From an uncultured Erysipelotrichaceae bacterium (lineage in GTDB: Bacteria; Bacillota_I; Bacilli_A; RF39; UBA660): DNA of 26,023 nt. Of this stretch, positions 7,769-17,126 are shown in pieces (within the stretch, counting starts at the first letter, position 1; each line of letters opens with the position of its first letter). Made by a program: the position numbers and the translations under genes. Location of the stretch: the NCBI GenBank assembly GCA_902797415.1, contig CADBSQ010000001.1, positions 1 to 26,023 of the forward strand. Reading direction: 5' to 3'. The notes beneath the pieces are model-generated. The model was given only the letters and a program-made list of their open reading frames with translations. It had not been told where the DNA came from and made no database searches.

Positions 7769-10390
7769 ATGTACTATAATAAAGATATAAAAACTATTGA
7801 AAAAGAATTAGATACAAACGAAAAAGGTTTAACTAAAGAAGAAGTTAAAAAAAGACAAAAAAAACATGGAAAAAACATTCTACCTAAGAAAAAAAAGGAC
7901 AGTGTTTTCATGCTTTTCATTAATGAGTTTAAAGATCCTATGGTATTACTGCTTTTAGCTGCAATTGTGGTTTCTTTATTAGCATCAGAATATGTTGATG
8001 CAGTTGTAATACTATTCATTGTAATTATAGATGCCTTAATGGGCACATATGAAGAAAATAAAGCTAATAATACTGCTGAAGCACTAGAAAAAATAATATC
8101 TACTAAGGTTAAAATTATTAGAGACAACGACAAAGATGAAATAGATGCAGAGGATTTAACAATTGGTGACATTGTTATGCTAGAGTCTGGAGATAGAGTA
8201 AGTGCAGACATAAGAATAATTGAATCACATAACTTAACCATAGATGAATCTATTTTAACTGGTGAAAGTATGCAAGTTACTAAATCATCTGATCTAATAA
8301 AAAAAGAAAACGTGTTAATCAACGATCAAAGCAATATGGCTTTTTCGGGAACAATAGTTACTTCTGGTAGAGCTAAAGGAATAGTTGTGGGAATAGGTTT
8401 GGATACAGAGATTGGTAAGATTGCTGATAACATCAATAAGGCGCCAGAAGAAAAATCTCCTTTAACTTTAAGAGTAGAAAAACTCTCTAAGCAGTTAAGT
8501 ATACTAGTTATTGTGGTTGCTTTTATGATTGCTGTTCTTCTTTTAATGAGTAAGGTACCATACACAGATATTTTCTTAATTGTTATTTCACTTGCTGTCT
8601 CTGCGATGCCAGAAGGTTTACCTTTAGCACTAACTATGGCTCTTACAATTGCATCAAATAAGATGGCTAAAAAGAATGTAATAGTAAGAAATCTAAAATC
8701 TGCAGAATCTCTAGGTAGTTGCACCGTTATAGCATCAGATAAGACTGGAACACTTACTTTAAACGAACAAACAGCTAAAATAATACTATTACCTAACGAT
8801 GATAAATATTCTGTGTCGGGTAGTGGATATGGTTACGAGGGAGAAGTATCTGGAAAAAATAAAAACCTTGCTAAAAAAATAGCTTTACTTGGATATATCA
8901 ACAATGAATCAGATATAGATGAGGATGGTGAAATAGTAGGAGATTCGATTGATGTAGCTTTTAAAATACTTGGGAAAAAAATTAATGTAAATGATAAGAA
9001 TATTAAAATATTAGAAACAGTACCATATGAATCTGAAAATAAATACTCCGCTGTTTTCTATGAAATAGAAAACGAAGTGTTTTGTACAGTTAAAGGTTCA
9101 TTAGAAGTTGTTAAATCTTTTTGTAATAATGTTGATTTAGTTGACTATAAAATAAGTTCAAAAAAACTAAATGAACAAAATGAAAGCCTAGCAAAAGATG
9201 GATATAGAGTTATTGCTTTGGCAAATGGAAAAATAAAAAAACAAGATAAGTATACTATTTGCGATATTAAAGGATTAACCTTCATGGGAATGGTTGGTTT
9301 TATTGATCCAATTAGAAAAGAAGTCGTTGAATCAATTAATAAATGTCAAGAAGCTGGAATTAAAGTTCTGATGATTACTGGCGATCATCCATTGACTTCG
9401 TTTTCTATTGCTAAAGAGTTAAGTTTAGTTAAGGACTTTGATGAAGTGGTCACCGGTGAAAAACTTGATGAAGAAATAAAAAAAGGGAACAAACATTTTG
9501 ATAGCTTTATAAAAAAGGTAAAAGTATTTGCTCGCGTTTCTCCACTACAAAAACTTAAAATTATAGAATCATTAAAAAGACAGGGTGAATTCGTTGCAGT
9601 AACCGGCGATGGGGTAAATGATGCACCTGCTTTAAAATCTGCAAATATCGGTGTAGCTATGGGAAGTGGAACCGATATTGCCAGAGAAATATCAGATATG
9701 ATAATAGTAGATGATAATTTTACTTCCATAGTAGAAGGCATAAAAGAAGGAAGAATTGCTTATGCTAATATTAGAAAAATAATTCTATTTTTGATCTCCT
9801 GTGGATTAAGTGAAGTAATTTTCTTTTGTCTATCTTTAATGCTTGGTATGCCGTTACCATTAGTTGCAATTCAGCTTCTCTGGTTAAATGTTGTAACAGA
9901 TGGCTTTCAAGATCTTGCACTATCGTTTGAAAAAGATGAAGATGGCATTTTAAAAGAAAAACCTCGAAATCCTAAAGAATCGATATTTAACAAAGAATTA
10001 TTTCAAGAAATACTAATTTCTGGTACAGTAATAGGCTTAATAGTATTCTTCTCATGGCATTTCCTATTAAATGTTTTGAATGTAGAGTTAGTACTTGCTA
10101 GAACTTATGTGATGACTTTAATGGTTTTCATTCAAAATATACATGTATTTAATTGTAGAAGTGAGCATAGGTCTGCTTTTAGCGTTTCATTAAGTAGTAA
10201 TTTGTTTATAGTATTTAGTGCAGTCTTCTCAGTTCTTTTACAGATTATGATAATTCAAACACCAATACTAGCAAATTTCTTACAAATAACAACTATACCA
10301 CTTTCACATCTAATATATTTGTTTATTCTTTCATTATCGGTTTTAATAATTGTAGAAGCTTGTAAGCTACTAAGAAAACATATAAGATAA
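7769..10390 (+). CDS. Cation-transporting P-type ATPase, type II (Ca2+-like)
   Basis: TGES, PEGL, DKTGT phosphorylation site, MITGDH and GDGVND motifs. Start reassigned to ATG 7769. Confidence 0.95.
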   Translation: MYYNKDIKTIEKELDTNEKGLTKEEVKKRQKKHGKNILPKKKKDSVFMLFINEFKDPMVLLLLAAIVVSLLASEYVDAVVILFIVIIDALMGTYEENKANNTAEALEKIISTKVKIIRDNDKDEIDAEDLTIGDIVMLESGDRVSADIRIIESHNLTIDESILTGESMQVTKSSDLIKKENVLINDQSNMAFSGTIVTSGRAKGIVVGIGLDTEIGKIADNINKAPEEKSPLTLRVEKLSKQLSILVIVVAFMIAVLLLMSKVPYTDIFLIVISLAVSAMPEGLPLALTMALTIASNKMAKKNVIVRNLKSAESLGSCTVIASDKTGTLTLNEQTAKIILLPNDDKYSVSGSGYGYEGEVSGKNKNLAKKIALLGYINNESDIDEDGEIVGDSIDVAFKILGKKINVNDKNIKILETVPYESENKYSAVFYEIENEVFCTVKGSLEVVKSFCNNVDLVDYKISSKKLNEQNESLAKDGYRVIALANGKIKKQDKYTICDIKGLTFMGMVGFIDPIRKEVVESINKCQEAGIKVLMITGDHPLTSFSIAKELSLVKDFDEVVTGEKLDEEIKKGNKHFDSFIKKVKVFARVSPLQKLKIIESLKRQGEFVAVTGDGVNDAPALKSANIGVAMGSGTDIAREISDMIIVDDNFTSIVEGIKEGRIAYANIRKIILFLISCGLSEVIFFCLSLMLGMPLPLVAIQLLWLNVVTDGFQDLALSFEKDEDGILKEKPRNPKESIFNKELFQEILISGTVIGLIVFFSWHFLLNVLNVELVLARTYVMTLMVFIQNIHVFNCRSEHRSAFSVSLSSNLFIVFSAVFSVLLQIMIIQTPILANFLQITTIPLSHLIYLFILSLSVLIIVEACKLLRKHIR

Positions 10391-10445
10391 TTTTTAGAAT
10401 ATGAAAAAGAATAATAATATGATATATTATAAATAGGAGGTTATT

Positions 10446-10808
10446 ATGGAGAATATAAAAATAATTGATAGCTTTATTGATGATAGAGAATTTAGAAATT
10501 ATGTTATAACATTTTTAGAAAGCAAAGGTTATACTTTAAAAAAGATTGATGATGAACGTGTTTCTGATAGAGTAAAAAACAATGATAATGATTTTCTAGT
10601 GTTCAAAAGTAATAAGTTATCAACAGTTCAAACTTTTCTAAATAAGAACATAACTGAAAAAGAAATAAATGAGACTATTAGGGATATGAAAAAAGAAAAT
10701 GTTGATAATGCAATAATCGTGACAAACAAAAATGTAAATAAAGACATTATAAACAAATATAAGAGTGAAAATATCACAATAATAGATAGAAAAGAGTTAA
10801 TTAATTGA
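10446..10808 (+). CDS. Standalone Mrr-like restriction endonuclease domain protein, catalytic motif degenerate
   Basis: EFRNYVITFLESKGY...DNDFLVFK...VQT...NAIIVTN...IIDRKEL follows the Mrr_cat layout. GGAGG RBS. Confidence 0.6.
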   Translation: MENIKIIDSFIDDREFRNYVITFLESKGYTLKKIDDERVSDRVKNNDNDFLVFKSNKLSTVQTFLNKNITEKEINETIRDMKKENVDNAIIVTNKNVNKDIINKYKSENITIIDRKELIN

Positions 10809-10809
10809 T

Positions 10810-11433
10810 ATGACTTCATTTAGTATAAAGGATAAAAAATCTATAATCGAGTTAATTAATAAATCTATTGGAGCAGCGTTCTTAATATCACTTGGAAATT
10901 ATGTTTTGTTAAAGTTAGGAAATCCACTTGGTCCTTTCTTGTTTGCATTAGGTTTACTTGGTGTATGTTACATGGGTCAAAATTTATTTACTGGTAAGGC
11001 TGGTTTTGTTATAGAGGACCACATTAACATTCAGACTATATCAATAATATTAATTGTCAATCTCATATCAGGTTATTTATTTGGTTTAATTTATGGTTAT
11101 GCAGATCCAGATTTAATAACTGTTGCAAATAGTAAAATATTAAGCTGGGAATTTTCATTAGCATTTTTTATAAAAGCATTTCTATGTGGAACCATTATGT
11201 ATATAGCGGTTAAAATGTATAAACAGGGAACTCCTCTTGGGATAATATACGGAATACCCTTATTTATATTCTGTGGTTTCCAGCACTGTATTGCAAACAT
11301 AATTACTCTTGGTGTTGCAGCTAGCTTTGATTTATCAATTATTCTTGCTATAATTGGTAACTTTGTTGGATCACTATTCATATGGTATATATCAAAAGAT
11401 GTGGAGATTAAAAAAAATAAGAAAAAGAGTTGA
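10810..11433 (+). CDS. Formate/nitrite transporter (FNT) family channel
   Basis: LFTG, FIFCGFQHCIAN and GNFVGS motifs with about six hydrophobic segments. Confidence 0.88.
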   Translation: MTSFSIKDKKSIIELINKSIGAAFLISLGNYVLLKLGNPLGPFLFALGLLGVCYMGQNLFTGKAGFVIEDHINIQTISIILIVNLISGYLFGLIYGYADPDLITVANSKILSWEFSLAFFIKAFLCGTIMYIAVKMYKQGTPLGIIYGIPLFIFCGFQHCIANIITLGVAASFDLSIILAIIGNFVGSLFIWYISKDVEIKKNKKKS

Positions 11434-11439
11434 ATTTAA

Positions 11440-11484
11440 TCACCTTTTGTGCTACACTACACTTAAGCACGAAGGTGTTTTTAT
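11440..11484 (+). terminator. Probable terminator between the FNT gene and secE
   Basis: CACCTTTTGTGCT...AGCACGAAGGTG (12 pairs, one bulge) followed by TTTTTATTTT. Confidence 0.6.
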
Positions 11485-11498
11485 TTTGGGAGGATTTT

Positions 11499-11792
11499 AT
11501 GGCAAAATTAAATGTTCAAACTAATGATACATTAGAAGATGTAAAATTAGTAAAGTCTGATAAAAAGGACAAAAATAAAAAAGTAAAAGAAGTTAAACCA
11601 GAAAAAAAAGAAAAAAAGGGAAATTATTTAAGACAGGTTTCTGAAGAATTAAAATATGTAACTTGGCCATCTAAAAAACAATTATTAAAATATTCTATAA
11701 CAACTATTGTAATGGTAATAATGTTAGCTTTATTTTTCTTTGGACTAAGCTTATTATTTAATTTAATATATGGATTGAAACAAGGATGGTAA
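11499..11792 (+). CDS. secE: Preprotein translocase subunit SecE
   Basis: ELKYVTWPSKKQL motif, one transmembrane helix, directly upstream of nusG. Start reassigned to ATG 11499 (GGAGG RBS). Confidence 0.93.
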   Translation: MAKLNVQTNDTLEDVKLVKSDKKDKNKKVKEVKPEKKEKKGNYLRQVSEELKYVTWPSKKQLLKYSITTIVMVIMLALFFFGLSLLFNLIYGLKQGW

Positions 11793-11795
11793 AAT

Positions 11796-12332
11796 ATGGA
11801 AAAGAAATGGTACGTAGTAAACACTTATAGTGGTCATGAACAAAAAGTAAAAGAAAAGCTTGAAACTAGAGCAAAATCTATGGATTTTACTGATAATATT
11901 TTTAGAGTAATAATTCCTGAAACAACAGTGGTAGAAACCCTAAAAGATGGTACTACCAAGGAAAAAAAGAAAAAAATGTTCCCTGGCTATGTTCTTGTTG
12001 AAATGGTTATGACTGATGAAGCTTGGTATGCAGTAAGAAATACACCTGGCGTAACTGGTTTTATTGGATCAAGTGGTAAAGGTGCTAAACCAACTCCTCT
12101 TCAACCAGAAGAAATCGATAGGGTACTTATGAATATGGGAATGAGTAGACTTGATACTGATGAAACATTAAAAGTTGGCGTAAAAGTTAGAATTAATGAT
12201 GGCCCATTCTCTGGTATGGAAGGAAATATTGCGTCAATTAATAAAGATAAAAACACTGTTAACGTATTAATAGATTTATTTGGTCAAGAAACAGATGTAG
12301 AAGTTGAAACATTTAAAGTAATCGCTATTTAA
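11796..12332 (+). CDS. nusG: Transcription termination/antitermination factor NusG
   Basis: WYVVNTYSGHE, FPGYVLVEM, VRNTPGVTGF and KOW domain GPFSGMEG. Confidence 0.98.
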   Translation: MEKKWYVVNTYSGHEQKVKEKLETRAKSMDFTDNIFRVIIPETTVVETLKDGTTKEKKKKMFPGYVLVEMVMTDEAWYAVRNTPGVTGFIGSSGKGAKPTPLQPEEIDRVLMNMGMSRLDTDETLKVGVKVRINDGPFSGMEGNIASINKDKNTVNVLIDLFGQETDVEVETFKVIAI

Positions 12333-12394
12333 TTAACATATATTTAAGGAACAAATCCTTATATTTATAATTTTAGATAATTTAGGAGTAAAGT

Positions 12395-12446
12395 AGGAGA
12401 ATTTTCTCCTTTTTTTCTTGAATTTTATTAGAAATTATGCTATATT
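12395..12446 (+). terminator. nusG terminator abutting the rplK promoter
   Basis: AGGAGA-ATTT-TCTCCT plus T run, then TTGAAT (12418-12423), 17 nt, TG-C-TATATT (12441-12446). Confidence 0.7.
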
Positions 12447-12477
12447 CAATCACGTAGTTATATTTTAATTACATGAA

Positions 12478-12510
12478 GTGGGAGGGAATGCGGATTAGCC
12501 CGATACCACT
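12478..12510 (+). promoter_or_regulatory. rplK leader, probable L1-binding autoregulatory element
   Basis: GTGGGAGGG...ACCAC arrangement typical of Bacillota rplK 5' leaders. Confidence 0.7.
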
Positions 12511-12545
12511 AAGCGAATAAAACAATATGAAAGGATGTGTTTTTC

Positions 12546-13142
12546 GTGGCAAAAGAAATCGATAGAGTAATTAAATTACAAATTCCTGCTGGAGCAGCTA
12601 CACCTGCACCACCAGTTGGTACTGCACTTGGACCTGCTGGACTTAATTCAGGAGAATTTTGTACTAAATTTAATGAAGCAACTAAAGATAGAAAAGGCGA
12701 TGTCTTACCAGTAGTTATAACTGCTTATAAAGACAAATCTTTTGACTTTGTAGTTAAAGAACCACCTGCAGCATTTTTAATTAAAAAAATTGCAAAAATC
12801 CAAAAAGGTAGTTCAAAAGGTGCTAACGAAGTAGTTGCTACTATTACAAAAGAAGATTTAAGAAAATTAGCTGAAACTAAGATGCCTGATTTAAATGCTA
12901 ATACTATTGAAGCTGCTATGAATATTCTTGAAGGTACAGCTCGTAATATGGGTGTTGCTATTAAGGGAGTTAATGATAAAGAACTTGAAAAACAACATGA
13001 AGAAGCTTTAGCTGAAGAAAGAGAAGCAGCAAAACGTGAAAAAGAATTTGAAGAAATGCAAGAATCAGCTAAAGACACTTCTATGGATGTAGAAGTAATT
13101 ACTGAAAAAGATTCTGATGAAGAAACTAAAGAAGAAGAATAA
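12546..13142 (+). CDS. rplK: 50S ribosomal protein L11 with a 57-aa acidic C-terminal extension
   Basis: KLQIPAGAATPAPPVGTALG and GTARNMG motifs. GTG start at 12546. Confidence 0.97.
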   Translation: MAKEIDRVIKLQIPAGAATPAPPVGTALGPAGLNSGEFCTKFNEATKDRKGDVLPVVITAYKDKSFDFVVKEPPAAFLIKKIAKIQKGSSKGANEVVATITKEDLRKLAETKMPDLNANTIEAAMNILEGTARNMGVAIKGVNDKELEKQHEEALAEEREAAKREKEFEEMQESAKDTSMDVEVITEKDSDEETKEEE

Positions 13143-13191
13143 TTTATTTAAAAATAATCCGCTCTAAAAAATATGATTGGAGGGAAAAAAC

Positions 13192-13890
13192 ATGAAAAAG
13201 TTTGGAAAAAAATATACTGAAGTAAGTAAAAAAGTAGATAAAGACAAACTTTATACTGTAGAAGAAGCTGTAAAATTAGTTAAAGAAACATCTATAACTA
13301 AATTTGATGGAACAGTTGAACTTGCTTTAAATTTAAACATCGATACTAAGAAAGCTGATCAACAAATGAGAGGTTCTATAGTATTACCAAACGGACTTGG
13401 TAAAACAAAAAGAATTTGTGTTATTACTAAGGGTGACAACGTTGAAGTAGCAAAAAAAGCTGGTGCTGATTTTGTTGGAGATAACGATTTAATCGAAAAA
13501 ATTCAGAAAGAAAACTGGTTTGATTTTGATATAATTGTTGCTAGTCCTGATATGATGCCTGCTCTTGGTAAAATTGGTAAAATTCTTGGTCCTAGAGGAT
13601 TAATGCCAAACCCTAAAACAGGAACTGTAACAAATGATATTGCTAAGGCAATTGAGGATATCAAAAAAGGTATGGTTGAGTACAGAGCTGATAGTTATGG
13701 TATAATCCATGTACCAGTTGGTAAAATTTCATTTGATAACAAAAAGTTAGAAGAAAATATTTCATTTTTTGTTAATGCAATTTTAAAAAATAAACCAACT
13801 ACAGTAAAGGGAGCTTTTGTTAATACAGTAGCAATTGCTGCAACAATGGGTCCTGGTATAAAAATAGATAAAAATTCTTTTGACAAATAA
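13192..13890 (+). CDS. rplA: 50S ribosomal protein L1
   Basis: [15 protein letters not shown] and [14 protein letters not shown] motifs. ATG 13192 follows GGAGG. Confidence 0.98.
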   Translation: MKKFGKKYTEVSKKVDKDKLYTVEEAVKLVKETSITKFDGTVELALNLNIDTKKADQQMRGSIVLPNGLGKTKRICVITKGDNVEVAKKAGADFVGDNDLIEKIQKENWFDFDIIVASPDMMPALGKIGKILGPRGLMPNPKTGTVTNDIAKAIEDIKKGMVEYRADSYGIIHVPVGKISFDNKKLEENISFFVNAILKNKPTTVKGAFVNTVAIAATMGPGIKIDKNSFDK

Positions 13891-13930
13891 AAGAAAATGA
13901 ATTATAATACAAATCAGAAAAAACGCGAAT

Positions 13931-14016
13931 CCAAAGACAACAGGTGGTTATACCTTAATATCCTGTCGAGGAAAGCTTAATACTAACTATATGCTTTCCT
14001 TATGGAAAGTTTTTTC
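13931..14016 (+). promoter_or_regulatory. L10 leader (rplJ attenuator)
   Basis: AAGAC-AACAGG...TTAAT...CCTGTCGAGG. GAGGAAAGC can pair with GCTTTCCT as an alternative to the terminator CTTTCC-TTAT-GGAAAG-T6. Confidence 0.88.
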
Positions 14017-14037
14017 TATATATGGAAAGGAGAACTT

Positions 14038-14535
14038 ATGGCAAGCGAGAAAAGCTTAAATGCTAAGAAAAGTATTGTAAATGAAATATCTGATAAAATT
14101 AAAAATAGTGAATCAATTATAATTTTTTCTTATCAAGGAATGAATGTATCAGATATTACTAAATTACGTAATGAATTAAGAGAAGCTCAAAGTGAAATGA
14201 AGATTTATAAAAACACTTTGGCAAGAAGAGCTTTTTCAGATACTGGACTTAATGAAGAAAGTTTCTGGGAAGGACCAAACGCAATAATTTTTGGTAGCAC
14301 TCTTTTAGAACCAATAAAGATTATTAGCAAATATGAAAAAGATAATGACGCTGTTAAGATTAGATCTGGTATAGCCGATGGTAAAGTAATGGATGCTGAC
14401 GTTATTCATGAATATGCTTCTATACCTTCTAAAGAAGGATTACTTAATATGTTTGCTGCAGGTATTATGGAGCATGCTAAGAATTTTGCAATTTGTGTAG
14501 ATTTATACGCAAAAAAACTAGAGGAAGAAAAATAA
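14038..14535 (+). CDS. rplJ: 50S ribosomal protein L10
   Basis: YQGMNV, KIYKNTLARRA, EGPNAIIF and IPSKEGLL motifs. ATG 14038 follows AAAGGAG. Confidence 0.96.
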   Translation: MASEKSLNAKKSIVNEISDKIKNSESIIIFSYQGMNVSDITKLRNELREAQSEMKIYKNTLARRAFSDTGLNEESFWEGPNAIIFGSTLLEPIKIISKYEKDNDAVKIRSGIADGKVMDADVIHEYASIPSKEGLLNMFAAGIMEHAKNFAICVDLYAKKLEEEK

Positions 14536-14552
14536 GGAAAGGAATGATATAA

Positions 14553-14918
14553 ATGGCAAAATTAACAGGTAAAGAAATTATTGATTCACTAAAAGAAATG
14601 ACTATTTTAGAACTTAAAGAAGTAGTTGATTTAATGAAAGAAGAATTAGGAGTAGATCCTAGTAGTGTAGCTGTAGCTGCTGCACCTGCTGCTGCTGCAG
14701 AAGAAGAATCTAGTACTAAGACAGTAGTTCTTAAAAGTGCTGGAGCTCAAAAAATCGCTGTTATTAAAGTTATCCGTGAAATTACAGGTTTAGGTCTTGT
14801 AGATGCTAAAGCTATCGCTGATAAAGGTGGAAACATTAAAGAAAATGTTGCTGCTGATGAAGCTAACGAAATTAAAGAAAAACTTGAAGCTGCTGGAGCA
14901 GAAGTAGAGTTAGCATAA
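14553..14918 (+). CDS. rplL: 50S ribosomal protein L7/L12
   Basis: Ala-rich hinge, [20 protein letters not shown] and [11 protein letters not shown]. Confidence 0.98.
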   Translation: MAKLTGKEIIDSLKEMTILELKEVVDLMKEELGVDPSSVAVAAAPAAAAEEESSTKTVVLKSAGAQKIAVIKVIREITGLGLVDAKAIADKGGNIKENVAADEANEIKEKLEAAGAEVELA

Positions 14919-14921
14919 TTT

Positions 14922-14944
14922 AACAGCCTAACGGCTGTTTTTTT
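14922..14944 (+). terminator. rplL terminator, followed by an extended -10 (TG-C-TATAAT, 14955-14963)
   Basis: AACAGCC-TAAC-GGCTGTT plus T run. Confidence 0.88.
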
Positions 14945-14986
14945 ATTCTAATTGTGCTATAATACAAAAAAAGGGGGGAAGCTTAG

Positions 14987-15691
14987 ATGGAATTTTTAAA
15001 GGAATTTTTGATAAAGAAGTCTTTATCCGAGGAAATATTTAGAATCGATGAATTTGAAAGAATAATTAACTATTTAGTAAGAGAGTTTGGACAAGAAAAT
15101 TATATAGAAAGCGTTATTGTTACTGACTTTGAAAGATTAAATATTAGTAGAAACACTTGCGCGTTTTATTGTAATAAAAAGCTCTACTTCAGTTACTTGA
15201 GAACTGTTCATTCTAATGATATTGTTAATTATATTATAGCTGATAAGAGAAGTAAATCTTATTTTATAAATCTTAATATTGCTTCAGTTATTCTCCATGA
15301 ACTTGAACATGTTATGCAAGAAAAAAGATCTTTGGAAGATCCATCTAATATAGAATCGCAGGTTTTAACAAAAGCTTATCAAAGAAGAAAAGAACTATAT
15401 AAAATTGGAATATATGACTATTTTTATCCAATAGATCCAATTGAGAGGCAAGCCAATATCAAATCTCTAAGAAAAATTATTGAAATAGAAAGAAAAAATC
15501 AAGCAGGATTAGACTTTTTTGATATAAAACTTAAAAAAACTATAACCAGCGGTTATAGTTTAGATAATCCAAGTTTAATTAATCCCTTTTATACTTTTTT
15601 TGATAAAGATTTAGGAATTACTGGCATAGAAAGTCTAGATTATGATAAGAGAATGGAACTAGGTTTACCTGTAAAAAAATTCATAAAATAA
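14987..15691 (+). CDS. Hypothetical protein with a zincin-like HExxH motif
   Basis: VILHELEHVMQ plus downstream PIERQAN (candidate third ligand Glu). No signal peptide. Confidence 0.7.
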   Translation: MEFLKEFLIKKSLSEEIFRIDEFERIINYLVREFGQENYIESVIVTDFERLNISRNTCAFYCNKKLYFSYLRTVHSNDIVNYIIADKRSKSYFINLNIASVILHELEHVMQEKRSLEDPSNIESQVLTKAYQRRKELYKIGIYDYFYPIDPIERQANIKSLRKIIEIERKNQAGLDFFDIKLKKTITSGYSLDNPSLINPFYTFFDKDLGITGIESLDYDKRMELGLPVKKFIK

Positions 15692-15730
15692 GTAAAATCA
15701 ATTGACTTTTACTTATTTTTTTCATATAAT
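15685..15730 (+). promoter_or_regulatory. 13-bp inverted repeat (terminator) overlapping the rplM sigma-A promoter
   Basis: AAAATAAGTAAAA (15685-15697) pairs with TTTTACTTATTTT (15707-15719). TTGACT (15702-15707), 17 nt, TATAAT (15725-15730). Confidence 0.75.
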
Positions 15731-15810
15731 CTTAATCGGTACATTTATTTTGTAAATCTTTTTTTGGTGTGGGTGACTAATTAAAGGTTTAAATTGGAAG
15801 GAAAATTTAA

Positions 15811-16242
15811 ATGAAAACTTATATGCAAACTAAAGAAAATATTTTACGTAAGTGGTATGTAATTGATGCTGAAGGTCAAACTTTAGGTCGTTTAGCAACA
15901 AAAGCTGCTACAATCTTAAGAGGAAAACATAAACCAACTTATACTCCTCATGTTGATACTGGTGATTATGTAATTATTATTAATGCATCAAAGGTTAATT
16001 TAACTGGTAATAAATTAGACAAGAAGATGTATTATAACCACAGTGGATACCCAGGAGGATTAAGAGAGAGAACTGCTAGAACTATGATTAATAATTATCC
16101 AGTTGAAATGGTTGAAAGAGCAGTTAAGGGAATGCTTCCTCATAACAGACTTGGAAGAAAAATGGGTAAAAAGCTATTTGTTTATGCTGCTGCTGATCAC
16201 AAACATATGGCACAAAAACCTGAAACAATAACTATAGATTAG
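15811..16242 (+). CDS. rplM: 50S ribosomal protein L13
   Basis: [32 protein letters not shown] and VKGMLP motifs. Confidence 0.98.
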   Translation: MKTYMQTKENILRKWYVIDAEGQTLGRLATKAATILRGKHKPTYTPHVDTGDYVIIINASKVNLTGNKLDKKMYYNHSGYPGGLRERTARTMINNYPVEMVERAVKGMLPHNRLGRKMGKKLFVYAAADHKHMAQKPETITID

Positions 16243-16252
16243 GAGAATAATA

Positions 16253-16666
16253 ATGGCTAAAGAAATAATTGCAACTGGACGTAGAAAAAGAGCTGTAGCT
16301 CAAGTAAAATTAGTTCCTGGTAAGGGTAATATTACTGTTAATGGTATGGACGTAAATGAATACATGCCTGCTGAAACATTTGTAATGGATATTAAACAAC
16401 CACTTGTTTTAACTAGAAACGAAGATACTTTTGATATCATAATTAAGGTTAATGGTGGAGGTTACTCAGGTCAAGCTGGAGCAATCAGACTTGGTATTGC
16501 AAAAGCATTACTAACATATGATGCTAATACTGACCAAACAAGAGATGATTCTTATCGTAAAGTTCTTAAAGCAAATGGTCTTATTACTAGAGACTCACGT
16601 ATTAAAGAACGTAAGAAATTCGGTCTTAAAAAAGCAAGAAGAGCTCCACAATTCTCAAAGAGATAA
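16253..16666 (+). CDS. rpsI: 30S ribosomal protein S9
   Basis: [23 protein letters not shown] and [13 protein letters not shown]-terminus. Confidence 0.98.
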   Translation: MAKEIIATGRRKRAVAQVKLVPGKGNITVNGMDVNEYMPAETFVMDIKQPLVLTRNEDTFDIIIKVNGGGYSGQAGAIRLGIAKALLTYDANTDQTRDDSYRKVLKANGLITRDSRIKERKKFGLKKARRAPQFSKR

Positions 16667-16674
16667 GAATTTTC

Positions 16675-16698
16675 AAAAGTCCAATATGGACTTTTTTT
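16675..16698 (+). terminator. rpsI terminator
   Basis: AAAAGTCCA-ATA-TGGACTTTT plus T run. Confidence 0.85.
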
Positions 16699-16699
16699 G

Positions 16700-16756
16700 T
16701 TGACATAAAATAAAACATGGTATATAATATCATTGTATTAAGCAAGTAATACAATG
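16700..16756 (+). promoter_or_regulatory. Sigma-A promoter and YtrA-type GntR operator
   Basis: TTGACA (16700-16705), 17 nt, TATAAT (16723-16728), then the perfect inverted repeat CATTGTATTA-N6-TAATACAATG (16731-16756). Confidence 0.85.
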
Positions 16757-16766
16757 GAGGTGTTAT

Positions 16767-17126
16767 ATGGAATTTACTTTTGATAATAATATTCCAATTT
16801 ATATTCAAGTTCTTGAATATATAAAGATTTATTTAATTTCAGGTGTCTTTAAATGTGGTGATAAACTACCTTCTGTAAGAGATTTTGCTACAACTTTTAA
16901 AGTTAATCCCAATACTATGCAAAAAGCTTTAGCAGAACTTGAAAGTTTAAATCTAATCTATACAGAAAGAACTAACGGTAAATACGTTACAAAAGATGAA
17001 AAATTGATAGAAAAGTTAAAGGATGAATATGCCATGAATCTTGCTAGAAGTTATTTTCAAGGAATGAAAAAGATTGGACTTGGTAAAGCAGATTCAATTA
17101 GATATTTAGAAGGGATAGATGAATAA
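16767..17126 (+). CDS. GntR family regulator, YtrA subfamily
   Basis: PIYIQV, GDKLPSVRDFA, VNPNTMQKAL and RTNGKYVT, with a short C-terminus and an ABC gene downstream. Confidence 0.93.
   Translation: MEFTFDNNIPIYIQVLEYIKIYLISGVFKCGDKLPSVRDFATTFKVNPNTMQKALAELESLNLIYTERTNGKYVTKDEKLIEKLKDEYAMNLARSYFQGMKKIGLGKADSIRYLEGIDE

Noticed and set aside
15735-15810. Possible L13 leader upstream of rplM
   Set aside because: The position fits, but I could not identify a convincing conserved motif or structure.
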